Shown piece after piece: positions 31,769 through 43,200 of a DNA stretch of 64,000 bases. This DNA comes from Bilabrum cf. latius (Eukaryota): the NCBI GenBank assembly GCA_965178125.1, contig OZ237735.1, forward strand, positions 248,001 through 312,000, in the 5' to 3' direction. The stretch's first letter is position 1, and every line of letters starts with the position of its first letter. A program made the position numbers and the translations under genes. The notes under the pieces were generated by a model that was given only the letters and a program-made list of their open reading frames with translations, ran no database searches and had not been told where the DNA came from.

Positions 31769-33671
31769 ATGGGCGTGTTTGAGAAGTTTGCGCAGGCACA
31801 GTCTCCTGGGCCACAGTACGCGCCCAGCATAGCGGCCGACAGCCGAAAACCTCGAGCTCCGGCTTTCTCCATGACTGGTCGTCATCCTGAAAGGGCAGGT
31901 AAGTGTTTTTTGTAGTAGATTTGGCGGGCGGAGCAGCGGAGCCCCCGGCAAGCAGATGGTCGTAGGAGCCAGCATGGATGGGTCCCCTCAGCTGGCTGGA
32001 CAGATCTTGCCTGCGCTGGCCTGGTGCGGCATCCCGAGAGCACGCTTGGCGTGGCAACCCAGTTCATGATGGATATTTGTATGCAATCAAACTCACCGCA
32101 GGAGATGGGGGCCCCGGACCGGCGGACCACTTCCGAGACGGTGCCGTCGGGTCGCTGTCGACCTCTCGCCGAGGAGCCACCACCCGGTTCGGTACCTCGG
32201 AGCGCGGGGACCAGTTCGCGGACCGGCGGGCACAGGAAATTCCCGGGCCGGGTGCGCACGCGGGAGCAGGCGCCGGGGCGCTCGACAGCAAGTACCCCAA
32301 GGCTCCTCGGTTCTCAATGGGCACCTCCAAGCGTGACGACGACTTTGCCCGCCGGTCCGGTTCCCCGGGCCCGGGGGCCTACGGGCTGGCCGATTCCGGG
32401 TTCGACTCCCGCAGGCCGAGGAGCGCCCGCGCGAAGTTCGGTACGAGCGACAGGGTGGATCGTTTCGCGGACAGGCAGGCGCGGGACATGCCGGGGCCGG
32501 GGGCGTATGCTGCCCCCTCGCAGATGTCGGCCGCGCAGCAGGACTCGAGGAGACCCAATGCGCCTGCCTTCTCCATGGGCACGAGCAAGAGGGACGGAGA
32601 TTTCGCGAGGAGGTCACAGAGCCCCGGGCCGGGGGCCTACGGGCTGTCCGGGGGCACGGGGGCGCGCGGGTTCGATTCCCGGAGGCCAAATTCCGCAACG
32701 GTCCGATTTGGTACGAGCTAGCGAGGAGACAAGTTTGGAGACAGGCAGGCTAGAGACATGCCAGGTCCCGTGAGATTATTCACTGGAAGCCTAAGCTGCT
32801 TGCCTTCGCGTCGCTGCTGCACCTTGCTCGTTTGGAATCGCTGGTTGTGAAGTCTGCTGTGTGTGCTGGCCGCCTGGTTGTGCCAGAGTCTGCCCCGCCC
32901 CTGCAATGCACCCCATTGTCGCTGCCTTTAGGAAAACCCTTGTCGCTACCTCGCTTGTTGCTTAGCATTCCACCGCAGGGTGCATACGGTGCCGCGCGCA
33001 CTGACCGCACGAGCACGCATCGCGCGGCGCCTAGGTTCGGGTTCGGGAAGGGCCGCCGAGACGCGGGGGAGAGGAAACAGGACGGACCGGGGCCGGGGGC
33101 GTACGGGCCGGACGGGGCGAGCGCGGGGAGACAGGCGCTCAGCACGAGGCCAAACTCCGCGAGGCCGAGGTTCGGCACTGCCAGGCGAGACTTTGACCTT
33201 GGAGGGCACAGGGACACGCCGGGTCCTGCCTCGTACGGGCTGTAGGACGGGATGGGGGGCAGGTCCAGCACGGGGAGGATGCGGAGCGCTCCCGCGTTCG
33301 GGTTCGGCACGTCGCAGAGGGGGGAAAGGCGGAGGGACACGGGACCCGGGCCGGGGGCGGCGATGCTCGGCGGGGTGGGCCTGCGGCAGGCGGACTCGAG
33401 GAGGAAGAACGCGCCTGCGTTCGGGTTCGGTACGAGCGCCCGCGCACCCAGGTCCAGGGACGGGGACACTCCGGGGCCCGGGCACGTGGGCAGGCTCGGC
33501 TCCTCTTTGGGGCACAGGGCCATGACCACGGAGACGAGGAACGCCCCTGCGTCATCGTTTGGGACGGGCCCCAGGTTTCCGAAGCGAAGGGACTCGGGCA
33601 CGCCGGGGCCCGGTGCCTTCCGCCGGCCGGACCAGAGCCGAGGGCCGGCATTTACGATGCGCGGCAGGTGA
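31769..33671 (+). CDS. SHIPPO-1/PGP-repeat (ODF3/STPG-like) ciliary protein; exons 31769-31898, 32102-32769, 32979-33671; 2 in-frame TAG
   Basis: Many P.FS/FG.GTS.R ... PGPGAY repeats. Both introns (GTAAGT..CGCAG, GTGAGA..CGCAG) join in phase and the second restores PGP|GAYG. TAG at 32719 and 33243. The final TGA overlaps a possible donor (GGTGAGT), so another exon is possible. Confidence 0.85.
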
Positions 33672-33813
33672 GTATTGGGCTGGGGTGGGTGATTCGATTC
33701 CATTGCGCACACGAATCGTGCGCAATAATGCGCTGTCTCAAAGAGTGGTGCTAGGTGCCCATAGATGTTTATTAGAGCTTTTCATCTGTATTCCTGGTCC
33801 GCCTGCACGGCTA

Positions 33814-35649
33814 TCATACAGAGCCACCTGCTTGCCCGCTCGACGCGTCAGGCACATCGGCAGCCGCGCTGCTCTTGCTGGCTGTGGCTGGCTCCTCGGC
33901 ACCTGCAGCCCCCTCAGAAGCGCCCAGCTTGGAAGGGGCAGGAATTTGCCCGTAGTACAGGGGAGTGCCATCCTGGTTGGTGGTCTGTGGCGGTGGGGCC
34001 TCCGGGGCCTCCGCGGCCTTGCCCCGCCCCTTCCTGGCGGCAGCCTTGTCCAGCTCGTGCTGCATGGCCGTGTGCGGCATGGCGTAGCCCCGCAGGCTTG
34101 CGTAGTCCTGGGCTGGAACCACGGATACGAAGGCGTTGATACCCACTGCTTCCACCACCACGGCCCACTTTGCATCAGAGACACCGACTCGTCCGTCTAC
34201 GCGCAGATCTGCGCCCGCACCGTCAGGCGCGGGAGCAGCCGCATCGCCCGACACTGCACTGGTGCTGCTGCTGCTGCTGGTGCTGCTGCTGCTGTTGGCG
34301 GACGCCGAGGATAACTGCTTGCTCTCTACACTCGCCTCGGCTGCTGCCCGAGTCAATTCCCTCTCCTCCCACTTGCGGTTGCCCGACCTCAGCGACATGC
34401 CCTCCCATATGACCCCTATCCTCCCTGGGGCCTTGACGATCGGGTGCCTCTCAGCGATGACCGTGTCCGCGAGGCGCGCAGCCAGGGCCTGCCTGGACAT
34501 GCCCCTGGAGTTGTTGTTGCGGACCCTCACGTGCAGGAAGAAGGGTGTGGGTCGCGAGGCTGCGTCCAGCAGCCCGACCGTCTGCCTGCGCACCTCCTCG
34601 GAGATGGCCTCGACGGAGGCATGCACGACAGCCCTGCATGGGATGATGCGCTGGCACGCCCTCCCATACCCCTTGCCCTTCTTGTAGTCCTCGTACACCC
34701 TGTCTAGAGTGGATCGCACAACAGAGACAGGGTCCAGCTCCGGGAAGTTCTCCAGCCGGCAGGGGGGTTCCCCTGTGGCCATAGAGGCAGGCCCAGGCTA
34801 CGACGGTGCCAGTAGTTGGTGTTCTGTCCCAGCCGGTGCAGCTTCGGGTTTTGCAGTCGTTCCTGCTCCGGAGGAGGGCTCTGCTCCATTTCCATCTCTT
34901 GCTGCATCGGACTACTAGGGCGCAGAGGACGCCGAGGAAGACGAGGCCGGCGGTGTGCTCGCGGTCATGCCACTAGTGGGAAGTGAAGCAGATGATGCAC
35001 CCTCCTTAGCTTCCGCCGCACCTTTCTATGCCTGAGGCTGGGCCACGGTCGGCGGATCGTGTGAGGCTGAGGCTTCCTCGCCAGAGGCGGCAACGCCTTG
35101 GCCGAAACGCCTCGCGGCAGGCTATGTGGCAGCCAATCCATCCAATGCACGCTAAGACACGAGGAGCTCGATGCCTCTGGCTCCTGTATCGAGCCAACGG
35201 AGGCGTGCGAGCCGGTCCGCCATCCCGCGTGCGCCTGTCGTGCCAGCACCCTTCATTTGCTGGAGCTCCCCGGCAAGCTCCGCAAGAATATCATCGTTAC
35301 TACTTGACCTTTCTATTGATCGTGCTGATACGGTGGAACTTCTTGCGGTAAGCTCTTGCCCAAGGCGATCTCGGATAGTCTCGAGCTGGCGTTCGATTTC
35401 CTCCCCGACCAAGTGCTGCGCCTCGCGGACGGCTTCGTGTCTGGATTTAGGAACAGTCATTACTATGTAACCCCAGGCACCCCTTGCGTCGGATGCGCTT
35501 CTTTTCATGGACCGGACCTTCTTGCTCGGGGGACCTCCACTTTGGCCCTGTTGTCTCCCTCGTTTTCGACCTCCCTAGGAAGACCCCTTCCATCGTCTGG
35601 CCCCCTCACTGCTCTGACCAGCTTCTTTAGATGCTGGCGCACTCTACAT
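33814..35649 (-). CDS. THUMP-domain protein (THUMPD1/Tan1-like tRNA-modification adaptor), ~611 aa with 8 in-frame TAG
   Basis: ORFs 35152 and 33814 are in frame with only TAG between. GYIVMT..R.EAVREA..LVGE, CQRIIP, VRVRNN...SR, VVVEAVG..AFVSVV..DY..LRGY. TGA stop. An alternative start is at 35508. Confidence 0.78.
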
Positions 35650-35808
35650 CGCTACGTCTTATTCTTGTCGAGTGCGACTTTGATGAAGACAAAATGTCCC
35701 GTGCCGCAAAACAGGAAGTGGAATCCCGACCACAGCTCAATCAATTCTGGTGTGACATTTGTGAATTCCGAGACTACCAGAACACACTGAATTTGTCTAT
35801 TTGCAAAC

Positions 35809-36969
35809 ATGGCTGCTGTACCCGATGGTGCCAGCAAAGAAGACAAACGTGACCCAACAGTAATTGCTCTGTTCGATGTTGACGGAACCCTCACAGAGCC
35901 CAGAAAAGTAAGTGAAGAGTTTGTGCAACGTGAAAGCAACAACACTAAGATCATGAATGTCTGGCTGGCTTGAATTTGTCACGGTGGCTGCCGCATCTGC
36001 GTGTTGGCCTTGTGGCCGAGGAAGCTGCTGGAATAGCAACGTGTTCAGAATCACGAAACGCACCTCGGAATGTTCTTTAGTAGCGCTTCAATTGTGTGCG
36101 ACAACATATTTCACATTTAAGGCCTGTATAGCTGGAGAACTTTTATTGCATTTCTCTCGCCTACACCGTGTGCAGAGGGCGGACCCGAAGATGTTGCAAT
36201 TCCTCCGGGACCTCCGAAAAAAGATGTATATTGGAATGGTAGGCGGCTCTGATCTTGTTAAGCAGAAGCAGCAGCTTGGAGACGATGGTGAGGCTGCGAC
36301 CCGAGCTAGCCCTCTGGCAAACCGAATCGGCTGCACCGCATCACGGACGCAACACAGACTCGGCCTCGCCCCACCGTGCCACCAACCCCCCCATCCCTCG
36401 CAGTTGTTGACATGTTTGACTACGTGTTCGCCGAAAACGGCCTTCGGGCCTACAAGAACGGCGCCCTCCTGGCCGAGCGCACGATCAAGGACGAGCTCGG
36501 GGAGGACAACCTCAAGGCCTTCGTGAACTACACGCTCAAGTATCTTGCCGACGTAGAAATCCCGGTGAAGCGAGGCACTTTCATCGAATTCCGCACGGGC
36601 ATGCTGAATGTGAGCCCGGTGGGCCGCAACTGCTCCCAGGAGGAGAGGGACGCCTTCGAGAAGTACGACGCCGAGCACGGCATCCGCAAGGACATGGTCA
36701 AGGCGCTCGAGGCCGAGTTCGGAGAGAAACTGAACCTCAAGTTCTCAGTCGGGGGCCAGATCTCCTTCGACGTGTTCCCCAAGGGCTGGGACAAGACGTA
36801 CTGCCTTCAATTCGTGAAGAGGGACGGGTTCAAGACCATCCACTTCTTCGGGGACAAGACATATGAAGGTGGGAACGACCATGAGATCTTCGCCTCTGAT
36901 GAGACTGAGGGGCACACGGTCGTCGGCCCCGAGGACACGCTCAAGCAGTGCGGCGAGATCTTCGGGTGA
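35809..36969 (+). CDS. PMM: Eukaryotic phosphomannomutase; exons 35809-35907, 36176-36287, 36404-36969; ~258 aa
   Basis: [94 protein letters not shown]. Introns in phase, TGA stop. Confidence 0.97.
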
Positions 36970-37210
36970 TGCGTGATTGCAGAGTCCGGTGCTGGTCGTG
37001 CGCCTGGGGATACCTAGCCGCACTCCGTGACAATACGGAATCACTGCTATCGTCATCTTGATTGCTGCACCGGGCGCGACAGGGTTGCTTCCGTCGAAAA
37101 TGAGATTTGGTTTGCGGTAGCAGTACCGTGTACTTTCAAACTCGCGATCCTGCTAGTGCCATCTAGCGGTGATCAGAAAGAGCTGCTCAGACCTCGAACT
37201 CATAGAGAGA

Positions 37211-40200
37211 ATGGCAGCATCTGCTGGCATGCCTGCTGCTCTGGCTCGGCAGAGAAGCTCTGCAGCGGAGGACGATCGCGGACGGCCATTCTTGCCGTCA
37301 CAACTACATTCTGCGTTGCCGAGCGAGGCCAGAATTGGCGATTCTCTCCCAGAGCATGAAGCTTTGCAAAGCATCAAGAAGTCTGCTAAACCTATCGAAG
37401 AAATTGATGCCACCGTATTCACTGTTGATCTGAACTCATCACTGGAACCCCATGCTGTCGCCGAAGCGTAGCGGCCTTCTCGGGTAGCCCACGTTCTCGA
37501 GCTTCAACCCCCTGTGAACAAGGTCGGGAGGCGCAGTCGAGACCAGCAAGTATTAGAGGCAGTGCTGCATGAAACTGCGGTCCGTCTCACGCTCGCAGAA
37601 AAACGAGTTGCCCAGCTGAAATCTATCAAGGTAGGATAGCTTGAATCTTAGGATGCGGGATCGAGCAGCGAGTAGGCATCACCAGAAGGAAGCGCTGCGT
37701 TCGATGAGATTGATGATAATGGACCACTATTGGACGCCAACGAGTTCTCGATGGCTTCGATAGCCAGTGTGGCACTCTCTTCCATGGAGACCGCTTCGCA
37801 GGGTGGTGAGAGATTCAGCATTGCAGGCTGGACCATGGATACGCGCTACATCAGGTGCCTAGAGTGTTGGTTCAGTTCCTACTACACACCGCAGATCCCC
37901 AACTGCTCAGCCGCGTGGCCCAACGCCTCGCCTCGCAGCTCGTCCGATCCAAGATGGGGCCGTCGAGCAGCACGACGGGCGCGATGATCATCGAGTCGGT
38001 GCGTGCGGCGGCAGGGCGCAAGTCCAGCGAGTCCGGAGGCGCAGCACCGTCGAGCGAGGAAAGCCTCACTCCGGCTCTCCTCGCAGCAGAGCTTCTTGTC
38101 CTGGCCCAGGCCGTCGCGAAGGATGACCTCATCGCCGCACTCTCCTCCATTGGCGCTCTGCTGCGATGTCCGGCCGAGGTACCTTGTAAAGGGACCGAGG
38201 CGAGCTCCAGCTCCGTTCAGATGGACCTCGTCGCTGCCTTTATGCATCGGCTCGGCACCTGGGAGCCGCGGGCGAACGGACAGGGCAGGCCCACCTGGCT
38301 GCACCCATCCCTCTGGCTCAAGTCGGCCGTCGTGGCGAGCTTCGAAAACCCAAGGGTCTAGGTGCGCACCCTGGTGGGAACAGCAGAGCAGCAGACCCCT
38401 GACTCGCTCGCCACCCAGGTGGGGCGGTTCATGGCGGTGGGCGAGGGCGTGCTGTTCCTGTCGGGCGGCGAGGACGAGCCGAGCATCGTCAGGCAGGGAG
38501 CCCTGGATCTGGTGGGTGGCACCGGGGGAGACGCCCTGACGGACGCGGGCAAGAAAATGATCCAGGAGCGCCGCGAGAGGCTATGTCTCAACGAGGCCGC
38601 GCCCGCTGGTGTGGAAGCGGGCCCCGGATCTGGCTAGCAAGCGAGCAGCAGCAAGTCACCCGCCTCTCTGCTGGACGAGTACATCCAGCGGCAGGTATCT
38701 GCGGCCTTTTCAGGAGCCGCGTCGGATGGCGTTACCATTGCTAGCCTTCTAGCCAACGCACCCGGGGCGCCTCTGGTGTCAGAAGAGTCGGCGGAGAAGC
38801 TGCGCGTGGCAGGCCTGGCAGTTCTGGGCGGCTGGCTGTATGTCCGTATCGGTGCAGGCACGCAAGCGACCGCGGCAGAGCTACCCAAGCGCGACAGAGA
38901 GCTGCTTTCGCGCGGGCCGATCATCCTCAAGGTGTCTATCGGAAACGATGCCACCGTCACTCAGGTACTCCAGGTGGATGCAGCCTGCGACCCAGACTGC
39001 GGCGGGCTGTGCACCGACGGAGAAGTCCTAATCGTACCCGTGGCGAAAAGTGACCATTCACAGCTGGTGCTCGTCTCTCCAAAGGCGGCTTCGCTCAGAG
39101 ACCGCGCCGCAGAAGAGGGCGGGGCTGCCAGTGGCGCCGGGGCTGATACCGCCAGCGATGCGGATCTCCTGCAAGCAGACCCGCTCATGACCCTGCCCTT
39201 CCCTGCCCTGCGGCGGGCCGCAGCGGCTTGGGGCGTGAGACCAGCGGATGCCAGCCGCTGCGTGGCCTTGCTCAGCGACGGTGTAGAGCTGCAGGTGGTC
39301 TGCCCCCGAGCACCTACCCAGGACGAGGGGCTGCTGCGGGCCTGCCAGATCAGCAAGTCCCACCCCGTCATGCTGCAGCTGGACCTCGCCACTGGTGACT
39401 TCTGCCGATCAGGGGAACAGTCCGCCTCGTCATATGCCAGCATGGACACGGACTTTGTGTTCGGGGGCGAGGCTGCGAAGGTTGTCTACAAGAGCGATGG
39501 CTCATTATCGGTCAGCAGTGGCCGTGCTGTCTCGCTGGCTGCTGCCAGCGAAGGGCAAATGCGGCTGCAATTCCGTTTCAAGCCCAGCTCTGGCGGAGAG
39601 CCCTTGCTTTCGTTTGGTGTTTGCCGCGCGCCGCTAGAGACAAAACAGGTGGACGTCAAGAGCGGCTACTGGTGCGACTAGCACGCCGATACAGCTGCCG
39701 TGTTTGAAAAGAGAGAGAAGCACGTGCAACCTGACCCTAGGTTTACGCTGCAGCCGGGCGACGTCGTCGAAGTTGTGCTCGACATCGGTGATGGAAGCGG
39801 GCCGGCGACGCTGAGTGTTGGCTGCCAGCGCTTCCCGTTGCGCTGCCTGACTCGAAGTTTGAAGAGGGAGGACGGCACAAAGTGGCATTTTATCATTGGA
39901 AGCAGGAGCCCCACTGGCTGCAGCGTCGAGGTTCTCGGCATCCAGCGCAGGCCCCACAAACGAGAGCACGGGGTGGTGGGTCAGCCTGTCGCCCAGCGGT
40001 GCGACGCAGCTGCGTTCGATCCCGCCAGCGGGCTCGCGTACGCTGCGGATGCAGTGACCGGTGCCATCCGTGTGCTTGCCCCGCCAGACCTCGCTGCACG
40101 CGACGCTATGAACGTGGTCGGGCGTTTGCACGAGATCTTGAACCGTTAGACCACAGCGTTGAAGCAAGATGCCTCCACGCTCGTTGCATCGATGCCTGGC

Positions 40201-43200
40201 GGGGTAATGACTCGCATGCTTGCCTCTGGCATGAGAAAGGCACACCTAGCCGCTGCATCGAGCGGCCGACCGCTCGGACTGCCGCCTAGGCGGTTCGCGC
40301 TGCTAGTCCTGAGCGGATTGGTGCAACGAGCCACGTATCTGACGCAGCCCGACGCGCTCCAGCCGCTCTCGATGCCATCCTAGCTTGAGACTCGGCAGTC
40401 TGCCGGGGACTCGAACCTTGCTGCTGCCGCTGCCGCTGGAGCAGAGTTATCCGCGCGACACGCCTGGGAACCGTGCTCCGACGCTTCCGTTGTGTCGACT
40501 GGCAGTCAGCTGGAGAAGCTTGTGCTCGCAGTGGAGGAGACGGAGTAGCGCGGCGATGTCGCGGCGTTCTCAATGCTTCTCAGCCTCGCCTGCAGCAGCG
40601 CATCAGATCTAGTCCGCGTGCAGCCTTCCGCCGAGGCCATGGATGCCCTCGCCGGTTCTGCGTGGGCGAGCCGTCTGCGTGCACTGCTGATGCGGATGGT
40701 TAGCGGCCAGGGCCCGATGATGGCTTCTTTGCTGCGAGATGGGCTGCAGGAGCCCAGGAATCTGCTCAAGTCGCAGGCTTTGTGGGCTCTGCTGCGCTCA
40801 TCCACGCACGACCCCCTCGGAATCCGGCCGGAGGAGCTTGGGGTGCTCGTGGCAGCCTCACTGAAAGACGTGGCTGGAGCGCTACGGGATGGAGGAGACG
40901 GTCACGGTTTGGACGCCTCTATGGTTGCCCAGCTGGAGGAGGTGCTGCAGTCCGCAGTCGCCACTCCGGCCCTCATGCTCTCGGCCGTGCAGTCCCTTGT
41001 GCCGAAAGAGATCGACGCAGACGAGACGGGTGGCGGCACCGCGATCGATGCCAGCGGTCTCGAGGACTTGTACGCGGTTGTAGCTGCGGTGCTGCGGGCC
41101 AACTCCAGGAGCCTAGTGCTGGCCGAGGACAGCACGCCTACAGACTTGCGCATACTCCCGGCCGCTTCTGTAGTGCTGCGGTTCTTTAGCAAGTTTGCGA
41201 GCAGCGTCGTGGCTACGTGCTGCAGCTATGCCTCCCAGTCTCCGCTTCGGGCGGGTGTCGCTGCCGCTCGCGTGCTCTCACTGATGAGAGGTGGAGCTGT
41301 TACGCTCATGGACGGGGCCGAGAGTTTCCTGGTCGGCGCTAGGGCGGGCACACGGACAAAGGCAGGCACGGAGCTGCCGTTTGATGCACTACGGGGCGGT
41401 GCTGCTGTCCCCGCCATGCTGTTGCACCAGATTCTGGGACTCTGTGATGCCGCCGTCGCTGTGTATGCGGACATGCGTGCGGGGATGCTGAACCAAGGCC
41501 TGCTGCCCGTGCTAGACATGCTGCAGGAGCGCCTGTCCCGCGTGAAGCACGCGGCAGGGGCCCTGTCCTTCGATTTCCTGGATGACGCCAAGCGAGCCAT
41601 CCGCCACTCTCGCAAGATGCTGGCACGGTCTCGGGAACTTGCGCTTGTGCTGATGATCGGGACAGCCCCGATTCGGCGGAGCAGGGTCATTCCGCCAGTC
41701 CTGCACGCGCTGCAATCGCCGCTGCTCTTTGGGGGGCTGCTGCATGACGAGGAGCAAGACAAGCTTACTCACAATCTCAGGACAACCCTAGATACTCAAG
41801 TGTCTGCTGGACGATCCGAGTTGGATAGCTCCATCTCAGCAGCACTCTCAGATCCAGCTCGAACAGCTGATTCGGTCGAGCCGCTGCCGGAACAGGCTGT
41901 CGGCTTTTCATCTTAGCCATCACGATAGGCGCGCAAGATGTTGCTGGGTCTAACCCAGCCGAAGCGCAAAGGGCTGTCCTCGTCTTTCCTAAAAGCCCTC
42001 AAGCTCACGTCCGCGTGCAGCGGCGTCACCCGAGGCTGCTCCAAGGAGCAGCTGCCTGCCAAGCTTTCGCTCGCTGCTGCTGCTGTGCTGCACTGCGGCC
42101 TGGCAGACGCTGCTCTGCGGCTTGCGCAAGCCTACCGCGCCGCCAAAGATGACGCGGAAGGACAAGCTAAGGCCGCGGCAGCGTGCCCCTCAGGCTTGTC
42201 TGTGATGTTTGCCCGCGTAGCAAACGAGACGATGAGGCGGATTGGCGAACTAGGCGCCACTACATCTCCTAAAGCGTTGCCTGTGGTTATTGCGCGTGCG
42301 AGATTGTTGCTGTCAGCCGCAGTTGTGTTCCCTAGAGGCGGAATGTCGGTGTGGAGCAGGGTAAGAGCGGCATTTCTCCACTTTGCCGGGCTGTCGCCGA
42401 CACTCCGGGCTGAGATCGCCGCTCGGGCCAAGGCCCAGGCAGTTGGAACAGCGGAAGACCAGCCAGCGATGGGTGGATCGACCGCCGTTGAATCATCGCA
42501 AGGCGAAGAGACTGCGAAGAAGATCGCAGATAAATCGGGTGGCTCGCTGCACACCGCGCTGCGCGCCGTCAGCAGTCGCAGGCAGGCGCAGGCGCTATCG
42601 AAGCTAGTGCGGGCAGCCAAGATTGGGAGCTCGGCCCAGCGCATGGCTGGATTTGACCCCGTAAATGCAGTTCTGGCCTTTGGGCTGAGCTTTTCTGCGC
42701 TGAGACAGCATGCAGTGGACGGAGGCGACGGAAGCGGGCCTGTTGAGGCTTCTGGCACAGATGCGGACGTGGACGATTCTGGGGTGTAGGCGAACGGCGA
42801 ATCAGATGCGAGCGATTCGACTGAAGCCGCTGACCCTCTTGCGCAGGGAGCACGGGAGGAGATGCTTGCGAGAACCAGGGCAGCGCTCGTTCGAGCTGCA
42901 GCGTTCCGCGAGACGGTCATCTCGCTGCGTCGCTTCATCGACCGTGGTGACGTCAGCATGGTCACGTCGACCTTGAGCGCCATTATCGCAGGGCTCCGCT
43001 TCCCTCTCGCGCGATCGGTGCTGGCAGGCAGCGGAGGAGGCGTGTCTGGCCTTACAGGGGCCAGCACATCTGGTGAGGGGCCTTCCTCGGCCTCGGAGGG
43101 CATCTCCAGCGGTAGCGGTCAGGCAGGGCGGATGACCGTCGTAGAGGGCGAGGTCACGATCGACGTGAATCCGCTGGCTGGTCTCGAGGGCTGCAGCGCG

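Noticed and set aside
37631-37651. Tiny in-frame introns ending in TAG as the explanation for the stops (e.g. GTAGG...TTAG, 21 nt)
   Set aside because: Many TAGs have no suitable GT donor ((CAG)7 TAG, ATG TAG), and the SPRY duplicate aligns TAG to CAG without a gap. Individual cases cannot be excluded without RNA data.
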